DNA of 63,577 nucleotides, the filler included, from Collodictyon triciliatum (Eukaryota): assembly GCA_043381765.1 (NCBI GenBank). It is 5 parts of 5 records of this genome, joined end to end, with 100 filler letters (N's around TTAATTAATTAA, not from the genome) between each part and the next. Parts side by side here need not be neighbours in the genome. Positions count along the whole stretch, not along the records: positions 25,496 to 38,125 come from JBHJMP010002132.1; positions 38,226 to 50,852 come from JBHJMP010002133.1; 3 more parts are not named here. The stretch is one strand, 5' to 3'. Every line of letters begins with the position of its first letter. The first letter of the stretch is position 1. Position numbers and translations under genes: made by a program. The notes beneath the pieces are model-generated. The model was not told the DNA's origin, made no database searches, and was given only the letters and a program-made list of their open reading frames with translations. Positions 25,625 through 38,370 of this stretch are shown here, in pieces.

Positions 25625-28600
25625 CCTCCATTCCTCACTAATGAACGTACTCTGTCCCTAAATGTGGCGAATTCATCTAGGCGGGTTCCTACTATATCTT
25701 CAAGCTGCATGATAATAAAGTAAAATGGTCCTTAGCACATGAAAAAAATTGTATCGAAGACTGAAAGAAAAATTAATGCTAATTTCTTGTAGACGCCAAG
25801 AAAAAGAAACCTTTCTAGATTCCTCCGTTGAGAATCCGAAATCATTTTGGTCGTTGATCAACCCGAAAGTCTTGATAATTTGATTCTTAAAATAGTTTAC
25901 ACAAAACAGAAGGAAATGTTACACAGAAAAATGCTTTGAAGAACCTTGAGCATGCAGGTGACATAGTCTGCAACCGCTCTTAACAACGGCGCCCGAGGGT
26001 TTGATTCACCAATATATCCGTTTCCACGATTTACGAATTCTAAGAGCTATAAATAGAGGTGTAAGAAAAATAATTACACTCATTGAATCAGACATAGATG
26101 AAGAACACAAATAATTGCGATCGTTTATACATTTTTAAGCGCGATATTGGGAGTTAGTAGTACGAAACGCTAGTTAAGACATATTGATAGTTTTACTTCA
26201 CTGAGTGCGGCTGGAATATTGAAATTATCGTGTAAATAATCATGCATATTTGCCTTGGATTTTAACAATCTACATTGATTCAAAATTCAAAATTTCATTA
26301 ATTGCCACATCTCGTGTTTAAAGTCATTGCATTCGCGATTTGAAATCTTACTTGAGACATATTAATTAAAGAATTACTCCCTGAATATCTCACACAAATA
26401 TAAAAGAATTATTATTATTACTCCTCATGCAGTTTCTTGTCTTTCTGGTCCCATCTTTGTGCCGCATCAAGGGGAAGTAAACGAAGTGCAATCCGGGCAT
26501 TGTGGAAGAACTCTATAAATTTCTTTTCCTTCTCTACAGCCATCTTCATACCACGTTCAGTTACATCGACTGGAGCATCATACTGATATATATATATATA
26601 TAGTTTAAAACCATCTGCAACTAATGTGTGCTGGTATCATATGCTTTTAATTTGTGATACCTTATATGACATAAAAAATAGTCGGATTTGGCGAGCAGAG
26701 TACGTGTCGAGCATAGTCTAACCGATTTATTTTAAATTATCCGCATTTATATCCATTTTTACAGGTTTTTTAAAAAGTTTTCTAACTTAAGTTTATATCG
26801 ATGACACTTTTCTTTGAATCGAATAAAGGAAAAAAAATATCGATGACACTTTTGAATATTCGACCTAGCACAACAAAATTCTCTCCTGCTTAATATTTGG
26901 TAGAAAAATGAAAAGAAAAACAGCATATGCGGAATCACCCTTATTTTGACGAAATTACGCAGGGCTTTCGACATTTTCAACCCATCAATATTTAGGTGGC
27001 CTGGGATTTACTGATGTTGAGAAATTGAATACTGAGACGTATCCTCATATGCCATAATTACTTATGGTATTCAAAATTTGGGCTTTCTAGTATAAATCTT
27101 TGGACGAATGAAAACTTATATTAAGCCCTTCACTTCAATGCTTCCTTTCCTTAATCGCATTAAGTTACGTCATATTACATATTTATTGATAAACCTGAAT
27201 GCAAGAAGTAATTCACCCATTGCCGAGTACCAAAGTATGCCTATTTCAAGTACAAATTAGATATCTCACAAGTAAAACTTCAGAACCATATTGTTAAGTA
27301 ATTTAAATTCGATAGTTCATATAACAACTTCTAACCTCTGACTGTGCCAACTCGTTATCGTGATGAGGAAACCTTAAGTCACAGCCCCCAGAGTGAACGT
27401 CAACTACTGAGCCAATTATGTCGCTTTATGATAGCGGATTTATGTTAGTGCGGCAAATAATGATATAAATATTTATTTTTGAATCATGGTATTACAACCG
27501 AATAGTCATTACAAAAAAACAACAAAAAAACAACAAAAAAACAACAAAAAACAACAAAAAAACAACAAAAAAACAACAAAAAAACAACAAAAAAACAACA
27601 AAAAAGCAACAAAAAAACAACAAAAAAACAACAAAAAAACAACAAAAAAACAACAAAAAAACAACAAAAAAACAACAAAAAAAACAACAAAAAAAACAAC
27701 AAAAAAAACAACAAAAAAAACAACAAAAAAACAACAAAAAAACAACAAAAAAAACAACAAAAAAACAACAAAAAAACAACAAAAAAACAACAAAAAACAA
27801 AAGTAATGCCTAGCCATAGCAGAGCATTCGATGTGCCAACCAGGTCTTCCTTCTCCCCATGGCGAGGACCAGCTTGGCTCTCCATCTTCACATTTTTAAT
27901 TGATTTAAAATGAAATGTATATAATAACGAATATGTACATGTTCGAGACGAATGTTTAAAAAGAAGATTGAAAGAGGGAGAGAAGGAGGTGGTAGTTGAA
28001 ATAATCTTCAGAATAGGATTTTTTTTGGATAAATTAAAGAACATGTACGTAATGATTACGTGAAATTTACATACTGACAACCTTTTGATTTTTTCCATAA
28101 GGCAAAGTCATTTCGGTGCTTTTTATTTCCAGCAACAGACAATGAACCTTTTTGTATTTTCTATTTGAGCATAGTGATTCCGAGATATGAGAAAACAAGA
28201 AAAGAAAAAAATGAATAAACCATCAAGTTCATGGCAAACCTTCTCCTTCATTCAGCAGCATCTCATTTCCAACAGAATTGGGTTCAAGTTTCCCGTAAAA
28301 ATGAATGTCTGTTTCATTAAATTTCGTCGTATCAAAGTAAACAGAACCATTTCTGGCGTATGCAAACTCCTTTGTCACCAATCCTTTTTTTTTTTTTAAA
28401 GAAAAAGAATCAGCTGAATAATTATCAGAGAAATAAAGAGCGAATAAAGCATCCAAACTACGTTAGACTGAAAATGTAGAGATATTTATAATTGAAAACA
28501 AGGAAAACAATAGAACATGTTAAAATAGATAGGTGAAATATGCAAATAAATAGACACCTTGAATAAATGACACGATTTCTGGTATATACTCGCTAACCCG

Positions 28601-29274
28601 GGTGATGACGTCGGGGGGAAGAACCCCGAGAGCCTGCATGTCTTCAAAGAATTCTTTTTCGTATCTCCTGGCTATGGCAGTAAAATCTTCCTTCGTTTCA
28701 TTCGACCGGATGATGATCTACACCAATTAAATTTTCATAAAATAAAACACATAAAATGCGTTAGAGCAGATATTCAGGATTTTTTTCTCTCATGAGAATA
28801 AGTGAAAATGAAGGTGCTTAATATGAAACCTTGTCATCAATATCAGTCACATTCATGACCATAAATATTTCATAGTGAAAGTAATCTCTTAGAATTCGTC
28901 GAATTACATCGAATATGATGTATGTTCTAATGTGCAAAGAGAATATTTCCATGTCATTAGTCCAAAAATAGGGTTTAAAATAGATCTACCAAATCTTGTA
29001 TTAAATGAAAACAAATATACACGAGTCAAAGTTAAACATTATTTTGAGAGGAGATATCACCCACCTTGCGTGACCGAGATGGGGTGAATCATAGACTGAG
29101 AAGCATATAAGTATAATTAAACTTTAAAAATGATTAAACGGTTCGGTAATATAAATTGATATATTCCAGATACTCTTGATTCGAATATTATTGTGCACAC
29201 ATAACCAAAACCATACCAGTTGGCCCGCATGCATACCATTTCAATGTCTCATCTGACTGTGGGATCAACGGTAC
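25625..29274 (-). CDS. CARS1: Cysteinyl-tRNA synthetase, partial (both ends missing), many exons
   Basis: [20 protein letters not shown] (HIGH-like motif), [95 protein letters not shown]. Confidence 0.93.
26795..26853 (+). mobile_element. Micro-retroinsertion (25 nt) with perfect 17-bp TSD
   Basis: ATATCGATGACACTTTT [CTTTGAATCGAATAAAGGAAAAAAA] ATATCGATGACACTTTT, in a CysRS intron. Confidence 0.9.
27510..27802 (+). repeat. (A6-8 CAAC)n intronic minisatellite
   Basis: Direct reading; lies between CysRS exons. Confidence 0.95.
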
Positions 29275-29937
29275 CTACAGAAATGTTTTATGCTCAATGA
29301 CATCGCAACAAATCAATGTCTCCTGATGTTGCTAGATAATTACATATTTGAATATGAAAGATAAAAAAAAATCATGAAAAGAGAGCACGAAAGTTTAACG
29401 GAACTTAGAAAGTGGAGCACGTCTGCTCAGATATGATAAAATAATTTTTTTTATTCTTCCTTTTAGTTGTGTGCAGGATGGTGGAGATGTTGGCTTTGGT
29501 TCGCTAGCCATCGTTTGCATGGATGCTACCAGATATGATNNNNNNNNNNNNNNNNNNNNNNNNNNNNNNNNNNNNNNNNNNNNNNNNNNNNNNNNNNNNN
29601 NNNNNNNNNNNNNNNNNNNNNNNNNNNNNNNNNNNNNNNNNNNNNNNNNNNNNNNNNNNNNNNNNNNNNNNNNNNNNNNNNNNNNNNNNNNNNNNNNNNN
29701 NNNNNNNNNNNNNNNNNNNNNNNNNNNNNNNNNNNNNNNNNNNNNNNNNNNNNNNNNNNNNNNNNNNNNNNNNNNNNNNNNNNNNNNNNNNNNNNNNNNN
29801 NNNNNNNNNNNNNNNNNNNNNNNNNNNNNNNNNNNNNNNNNNNNNNNNNNNNNNNNNNNNNNNNNNNNNNNNNNNNNNNNNNNNNNNNNNNNNNNNNNNN
29901 NNNNNNNNNNNNNNNNNNNNNNNNNNNNNNNNNNNNC

Positions 29938-32900
29938 TAAAAGCGATGCAAGTTTCAAAAAGGTTGAACGCAGTTTGATAGTTGAAGACGGGTCTCTATA
30001 TCAAGGGATATTGTAGAGGGTCAGAATATTGTGCTCAAAAACTCTTGTTGGATATTCTAACTAGGATGTCGAATAAAGAGTGTCTAAAAAAATGCGCAAA
30101 AATGATTCTGTCCAATAATAGGTGTTGTTTTGCTTTTGGAATCTATAAAAGAAGAGTCAATTCAATACACACTTTTTGATGATGCTCTGCATTAGTGGTA
30201 TGTAATCACTAATAACTTTCCAAGCATACGAAAAATCTGCCACGGTCGACATAATAATCATAACCTTGCGATATAACAACCAATGATTTATTATTTTCTC
30301 ATGCTAGAAATTTGTTAACATCCGGAATACATAATGGCCATCTATGACTGCGCTTATGAAAATAGTTACCTCTTCTTTAATGTTAATTGTTCTCAACATA
30401 ACAAAGAGACACTGGCGAGTATCGTGCAAGAATTGCTTAATCTGAAGACTGCTTTCAATCTGAAATTGAATGATCAATTAGGTGTTTTTTTTTTAATTGA
30501 ATGGCAGTATATTCTTAACGACAGTGAGTTTATATAAATTGCTTTAGTATCTTAAAATCAGATGAACAGCGATGCCTTGTATGGGCGGTCTTATTGAAAA
30601 AATAGCTCATATTTCTAAATATTTGATACCTGGTGAAATTGCTCCACTTCTTCCAGTGCCTGGACAAGTTGTTGGATTGTTCTTCCTGCAAGTGTACTAT
30701 CTTTGTACTCTAGTGTTTTGACCTGTCAGAAGATGGGCAAGTCAGAAAATACCCTAACTGAAAACCATGATTGGATAATAGCACTATCTTGAGAAAAGTG
30801 CACAGATGAAAACACTATTGAGGTACATAAGCGACACGTTGAAAAATGCAAACCTGTTCAGACAAAGAAAAGAACCATTTTTGAAGCTGCTCGTCTTTTT
30901 CAACGCGAGTTAATGGCTTTTCTCCAGAAAAGTATTCCCCTAGAAATGCGAGTCATTACTTTTCAGTTGATAACAAATGAGGACAATATGTTTTTAATGA
31001 ATACGATTTGTAGGTAAATGGGTTGAGGAAAACAGTACCTAACTCAACCATTCTCTCGAAAGCCTGTTTTCTTGCGCCTTCCCATCTCTCATTCTTGCCT
31101 TCCATCAATTTTCTAAAGACGTTCTTCAAAGCTGTATTTATGTATTTTTAATATATAACTATGTCCTTTATTATTGACCTTTGCGTCATGAAAAATATAA
31201 ATCATACTGTATTCAAACTGTGCTGTGTTCAACAGCAGCTGCAAAATACGTCCTTTCTCGGGTCCCGTTGTGAGGGCTTCTTTAGCTTTCTTGTTTTCAG
31301 TTTTATAATCTGTTATGAATCCACCAAATGGCTTAGGCTTAGTCCAGGACGCAGGGCTTTCTCAAGCAGCTCACACGATTAGAAACTTTAAATATGCGTT
31401 GTTTGTATATAATTATAATATTGGTAGATTGTGTCAAATTATTACGCAACAATAGCCAGCGAATTATCACGTTGGACTCCCTCATACACACCAAGACTTT
31501 TCCAATGTTATCCAAAATATATTCCTCAGTCAGCACCCCCTGATATTAAAAAACATGAATTTTATGTGTACTAAAGCTCAGAGGAAAATTGAAGTGGAAA
31601 AATATGAGCATTAATGACAAAATGGTGTAAGGAGAAATAATTAAATAGGATTTTTTTTTCCTTTATTCGATTCAAAGTGTAGCGAGGTTATGCCATACAA
31701 AAATAATTAAATAGGATAATAACATATAAATACAGGAATATATTTTAAAAAAGAAAAAAGAAAAAGGAAAAGAGGAAAAGAGGAAAAGAGGAAAACAAAG
31801 ATATGGTGCCGGAATAATAGCGATAGTTTATCACAATTGAGAAACTGAAAAGGATATATTCTGACCTCAGTCATAAAGTGGCTTAAGTCTTTTTCAGTTT
31901 TGTCCATACGAGCTACATGCCGCCCAAGAATATCCTTGATATTCGACTGTAAATCAAGGTAAAATTACACTTTGCGTTTTTCTTCATATTGACCTTACAA
32001 ATATATTGCATATAATCGAAAGGAAATGGGATGATATGTTACAGGTGAGAGGGTATTCGACAGGGCTGCGCGGGCTGCTTTGTATGGCTCCCAAATTAGA
32101 CTAATATCCACAAAGTTTCCCAGATAATATGGAATCATCCAATTGTCAGGAAAATGTTTATCTACGATTTCTCTCATGATAGCCTAGTTGGGTTTACATA
32201 TAAATGGTAAGGTCGTTTCAACATGGTTTTCATTGGATTGGTTAACAACATGAATATAAAGCATAGACATATACACATTCTATCGACATACTTTCTTCCT
32301 TTGTCCATTTTGAATGTGTATATAGATAGATTATCTCTGAAGTTGAATGTCATTTAAGGGAAGGCAAAAAAAAAAAAAAAGTATCACAGGGGTACCTGTT
32401 CCTTGTGTAGAATATTGGGGAAGAAGAACAAGATAACGTAGAGCATGGACGCTTGAGACGAAAGAGCTACGCTGCGATGGTCCGGATTCGGATATGCTTT
32501 GATTTGGTTGTAGATATCATCTGAGCGAAGGCGGCCAAGAATCATGTTCAGCAAATCCTTCTTGAAAGGGTATCTAAAAGTTGCAAATACGTGATGAAAA
32601 GCGAAGACAAATAGCCCCTTGCCCATTTTAATTTTTATTGTACCACAAATACGCTAGAAGTTTGTCGTAAACCTGCTTAGTAATACATTTTTTTCAGTAC
32701 TTTGAAACTTTTCGAGCATTATGTAAATACCTTGCAAAATAGTCTTCAGGATAGCTATCTGAAGGTCTCTTATAGGGCGTTGCAGGGTTAAATCCAGTGC
32801 TGCGAAGAAGGTTACAAACTTCATCGATGTTATCAATCCCTTGTTGTCCCTATATGAAATACCGTGCATTAATTTGCAATTATACTGCAATATATGATGG

Positions 32901-33883
32901 ACTATAAAGGAGATATACTTTGTAGCGATAGTAGGATATCATCAGGCGCTCTCGAATAGGCCCCTCGAGGTACGTATCGAGGAGAAGAAGCATAACACCG
33001 TACAGATAAAGGGCCTCTGTGAGCAGCTGCTTTCCTTCGAATGTCAGAAGGACACTCTACACAAAAGGATGGACTAAGATGAGGGAAAATAAAAGCGGCT
33101 GGGAAGCTTTTCTGTATGTGTACCTTGACATACATAAATATTTTCCTCGTTTGAAATGATGATTTTCTTTTCCCGCACGCTTCAGTATCGAATTTGAATT
33201 GAGGTGCTTAATTTAAATATGCTTACCTCCACAGTCAATTGGATGTATACACCTTCCTCCAAATCGTTTAGATACTTGTCAAAATCACGAGCAAACTTGT
33301 AAATGCTTTCAAAGAGCATATAGAAGCGGTGCAAAAGCTCAATGTGAGTCTCTCGGAAGTCCTCATCAAGCTCGGTCAGCTCGGACGAATCGTTTATGCG
33401 CTTTTCACATAAGTCATGAGTCGAGAGGTACTTGAAATCAAACACGATGTTTCCATATTTTGGCCTAAATAGTAAGGCAGAGAGAAAAAAAAGCTACAAT
33501 AAGTGCTTCACGTTTTTTTATTTTTACTTTATTATAATTATTATCATTGTTATTATTATCAGTATTATTTTGTGTTGTGTAAGTGTTCGCATGAAGTTCT
33601 TGTTTTTTTATATAAAAAAAGTATATAAGACAAAACAAAAGGGAGCCAAATTAGTAATTCGAAACATGGTTTAAGATGTGTATGTTTACAAGTTACTTAT
33701 CACTTAAGTTGAATAGAATAAAGGGAAATAAAAAAGGTACTTGTCGCGCTCATTCAGAAAGAAGACGCTCGGGATGTTTTCGCTAAGATGGAAGAGCTCC
33801 GAGATGACTGAATGGCCTCGGCTCACAAGGCGCAGTAGTGCTTGGCCGGCAAGATTGTTCTCAGAGAGGAAATCGCTGTTCAT
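29938..33883 (-). CDS. WASHC5: Strumpellin (WASH complex subunit 5), N-terminal half; interrupted by an N gap
   Basis: [122 protein letters not shown] and [12 protein letters not shown]. Confidence 0.95.
31635..31717 (-). mobile_element. Micro-retroinsertion (49 nt) with perfect 17-bp TSD; longest clean copy
   Basis: AAATAATTAAATAGGAT [TTTTTTTTCCTTTATTCGATTCAAAGTGTAGCGAGGTTATGCCATACAA] AAATAATTAAATAGGAT. Confidence 0.9.
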
Positions 33884-34804
33884 GTCTTATTTTATGAGCG
33901 GATCAGTGGTTTGATCTAGCTATGCGTCTTTACAAGCTGCTTTGAAGGTGCGATCAAAGACTGCCACGATAAGTCGGCCAAAAAAAAATAAAAAATAAAA
34001 AATAAAAAATAAATATTGGTGGCTCATTAAATACATAGTTCAACACAACCGACAGACAAAGAAGTAAACAAAAGGTAAGTAAGGTGGAATCTCTAGAGCA
34101 AGATTGAGCTGTGACTTAACCCCGCGTAAGCCCCCGTTTTGGTTCAAATTATGGGGTTGATCGGTGACTTGCTTTGGGACCATTCTTGCAAGAAGAATAA
34201 AAAAAAAGATCGGCCATGCCGCCCTTTTCATTGGTGTGTGTATATATACTGAGATGAATGCCATGAAAGAGTAGAGANNNNNNNNNNNNNNNNNNNNNNN
34301 NNNNNNNNNNNNNNNNNNNNNNNNNNNNNNNNNNNNNNNNNNNNNNNNNNNNNNNNNNNNNNNNNNNNNNNNNNNNNNNNNNNNNNNNNNNNNNNNNNNN
34401 NNNNNNNNNNNNNNNNNNNNNNNNNNNNNNNNNNNNNNNNNNNNNNNNNNNNNNNNNNNNNNNNNNNNNNNNNNNNNNNNNNNNNNNNNNNNNNNNNNNN
34501 NNNNNNNNNNNNNNNNNNNNNNNNNNNNNNNNNNNNNNNNNNNNNNNNNNNNNNNNNNNNNNNNNNNNNNNNNNNNNNNNNNNNNNNNNNNNNNNNNNNN
34601 NNNNNNNNNNNNNNNNNNNNNNNNNNNNNNNNNNNNNNNNNNNNNNNNNNNNNNNNNNNNNNNNNNNNNNNNNNNNNNNNNNNNNNNNNNNNNNNNNNNN
34701 NNNNNNNNNNNNNNNNNNNNNNNNNNNNNNNNNNNNNNNNNNNNNNNNNNNNNNNNNNNNNNNNNNNNNNNNNNNNNNNNNNNNNNNNNNNNNNNNNNNN
34801 NNNN

Positions 34805-34895
34805 CTTTATTCGATTATAAGCGCAGCGAGGTTATGCCGTACAAAGGGGCGAGATAGGTGCGCATGGTAGAGAGCAAACGCGGCGCAAGGTCGGG
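34805..34895 (-). mobile_element. Longer, diverged 3' end of the same retroelement family
   Basis: The minus strand reads ...CCTTGCGCCGCGTTTGCTCTCTACCAT...TTTGTACGGCATAACCTCGCTGCGCTTATAATCGAATAAG and then runs into an N gap where the A-tail would be. Confidence 0.7.
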
Positions 34896-35309
34896 TGATT
34901 AATGAGCATCCGCACAAAGCTACTCGTTGAATGTGTCTTTTCGATTTTTTTTTTTTTTATTGATGGTGGCCTTCATGGGAGCTTATGGTTTGATTTGTCC
35001 TCTTTTGCCCTTGGTTGCTTTAATTTTCGACAAACACACAGACGCACGAGATGGGTAACCTCGTTTGTTGGAAAGCCAAAATAAAAAAAGTTAATATTTT
35101 AGTGAATTATTTGAAGATGAAGCTTCTCATTATTAAGTACGAACCAAAGCGTGTTGCTCTGGTGGGCAATAGAAAAAATTCGGTTTCCTTTTCAGTTTAT
35201 TTGGCACGATTGGGAAGAGCTTGATGAGGGATGGTAGGGAGCGAATGCGAGGAGGGAACGCTACTGTGAAGAGGCTACCGCTGGAAAGGTATAATAGGAA
35301 TAGTTATTT

Positions 35310-36915
35310 TATTTCATTCCGTCAATAAATAATGCCGACTCCTCACCAAAGGAGATTTTGTGAGGCTTCCTCATAAACCTATTTGCCTTTTTCTTTCAAA
35401 AAAATCATACAATTCAAGCATCTGCTTCTATGTGTTATCGCAAATGACACACACTTGAAAGAGGATTTAATGTATGAAAAAAAAATTGAAAATAATATGT
35501 AATCTATTTCATCAGCCGAATCAACACCAATTTTCTGATGAAAATTTTATTTATGCACCATAAACAATCATTCTCATCTGATTTCAATATCAAATTTTGA
35601 TGTTAATTACTCCTCTTATCTAGTGGGTACCACTGAAATCGGGTGTTGATGTTTGAATCAACAAATAAAATAACCAAATACCTGAAACTGGTAATGAGAT
35701 AGCTATTCAAAGCTTCATTTATCTCGTGCAAACTCGTGGTCAAACATCTTGATGCGAATATTATATCTAATTATTCTTTTCTTCTGGCGATTCAATTAAA
35801 TGAGTTCTCTTCTAGATAGTTAAAAGTAGTGAATTAAATAAAGATAAATATGTTTCGTTAAAAATGAAGCGAATAATAAACGCTGAGACGGTTCTTCTCT
35901 ACTATTAGATTTAGTTGGATGCTTCATGCAGAAGCAAGTTGATTCATGACTGGTTGCGTTCCTGGTTTTAAATAATAAAAGAAACACGCTTGTATAGAAC
36001 TTTCGTTGATAATCATTCCACGATAATGTGGCTCAAATAACAGATTCATTGTTTAATATAAAAAATTGCTATCAAATAAAAGAATAGTCAGGCTTCTTTC
36101 AAGCCCTTATAATGGCTGGGGCTGCAGAAATCACAAGAAACGACTGCATGAGATGCATCATATCCTAGTCTTTTGTATCCGCAGCCATCCCAAAAGCCAG
36201 CCTAAAAAACTTTCTATCGTTGATTTACATAGGACTGTGTCACTATCTTTCCAATCAGCCTAAACCAGTCGCACCCATATTTTATGTAGTGGGTATTATC
36301 CTGTATGCGCAACGAGCACTACTCGCAAGAAAAAGAATAAAGTCGCACGTTGCTTATTCATATGTGGAATATATGATTATATATTTGTGTAATAATAATG
36401 AAGAGCTTAGGGCTATGATATTTGTACATATATGTCATGATACACATCACATTATTGATGTATTGCTTCAGAGCCTGGAAAGGTAAATTATGTCCTGTCC
36501 AATTATGGCTAATTTACTAATCACACATATAGAACCTACTATTGCGGTGTGCACGGTGCGGTGACCAAGCAATACGTCACTATGACGAACCTGGATGACA
36601 TTGCTCAAAAATGGACAGGTGGTTGTATGTCCTTTTCTGCAATTTGCGGCCCAAATTTGTAACTTGAAGACTTATCCGGTAATAGGAGTTTCCACACATA
36701 GGAAAAGGATAGCCTCGAAAAAACCATAACTGGAATATTCTCGGGCTGAAGGGAGATTCCATGTTCAGCTGTTGAGTCCAAATCCAGTTCAATGTTCGCA
36801 ATCTTTGATGCAACAACGACAGCCAATCCTGCCCAGAAAGTGCAAATCCAAGGCAGGCGACGAAGAAGGCAAGAGAAAAAGCACAGCAACACGAGGGTAT
36901 TTTATGCAAGCTCAT
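35310..36915 (-). CDS. Hypothetical multi-exon protein with N-terminal hydrophobic segment
   Basis: MSLHKIPSCCCAFSLAFFVACLGFALSG... The first two exons join in frame through GT-AG (…RIFQ|KGHTTTCPFLSNVIQVRH…) and further short exon-like blocks follow. The 3' end is uncertain and no family is recognised. Confidence 0.4.
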
Positions 36916-38020
36916 GAGTTGGTCTCGAAGGTTTTAATGGCTAAATGGTCTTTTTCTTTTCCAAAAAACCTAGCAAAAAAATCCAACAAAAAATCCAACA
37001 AAAAATCCAACAAAAAATCCAACAAAAAAATCCAACAAAAAATCCAACAAAAAAAATCAAAAAAATCAACAAAAAAAAATCAAAAAAAATCAAACAACAA
37101 AAAGCTGAGAAAATCGCATGAATCAAAACCATGATTTGCTCTAGAGAATATCTATAGGTGCATGAGAGAAGTTGTCGCAATTGTTTTAATGAGAATGACC
37201 CTATGTGGTTGATTCACTTGCTTTCACAATTCCAGATAGGATTTGTGTAATCGAACGAGAGCAATGATTGAGTCCCGCAATCACGGTGTTGTGTGTTCGG
37301 TTGAAAAACAACAGTAAATAACTGTGACAGTATTGATATGTATTCTGCTTTGATTTCACTGAGTTCAATCGGATGTCTCACTCACTTTCCCAGTCTTTTC
37401 CTTCATCCTTTTTTTTTTCCGAATTCTAGAATCAAAACAAATGTTTCGTTAATCAAAACGGATCTCACACGTCTTCTCTCAATCGGCCTACCAGTTAATC
37501 GATACACGCCTATTTTTCCTTTCCTTTCAATCCTTTCTCTTCCCTCTTTTGAGTGAGATTCAATCAACACTGGAACCGAATCCTTTCATTTCCGAGAAAA
37601 CACAAGGCACCTTCTTTGCTGTAACAGAACCGATTCCAGTCACAGAAAACAATTAAATTTTATTATGGACCGGATCATCTCTCACGATCGAAACATACAT
37701 CAACTACCTTCCTCTTTTTTTTTCTTTCTATAAGATTCATTTCTGAAACCGAAGCACCATCATATAAAATGAAAACGCTGTAATCCTAGTCAGCCTACCA
37801 CCCTGCTCTACGTAGGCGTATTACTCATCCGATCAAAGTTTTCAAAGCATCTCTCACTCTCTTCTATTTATTTGGCCCTTAAACCACCCCATCGCACAAA
37901 GGCTTCGGCTATAGCTAGAGGAGAAAATAAACACATGGCCACTTGATTTATCTTGTGTTCTAAGTTGTCGAGAGAAAACAAGATTCTCCAGAGGTCCAAT
38001 CCCTGACAGAATCATCAACC

Positions 38021-38125
38021 ACCAAAAGAACCAAAAGAACCAAAAGAACCAAAAGAACCAAAAGAACCAAAAGAACCAAAAGAACCAAAAGAACCAAAAG
38101 AACCAAAAGAACCAAAAGAACCAAA
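38021..38125 (+). repeat. (CCAAAAGAA)n 9-bp tandem repeat at scaffold end
   Basis: Direct reading, about 11 copies. Confidence 0.95.
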
Positions 38126-38225
38126 NNNNNNNNNNNNNNNNNNNNNNNNNNNNNNNNNNNNNNNNNNNNTTAATTAATTAANNNNNNNNNNNNNNNNNNN
38201 NNNNNNNNNNNNNNNNNNNNNNNNN

Positions 38226-38296
<71 letters not shown>

Positions 38297-38370
38297 TGTT
38301 TTTTATTGTTTTTTATTGTTTTTTTTTATTATTGTTTTCTGTTTTCTCTTATGGTGTTATGTGTAACCAG

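Noticed and set aside
24693-25625. CysRS continuing across the linker to end next to ADAT3 (a tRNA-gene cluster)
   Set aside because: The linker joins unrelated size-sorted scaffolds, and the frames could not be joined by GT-AG splicing.
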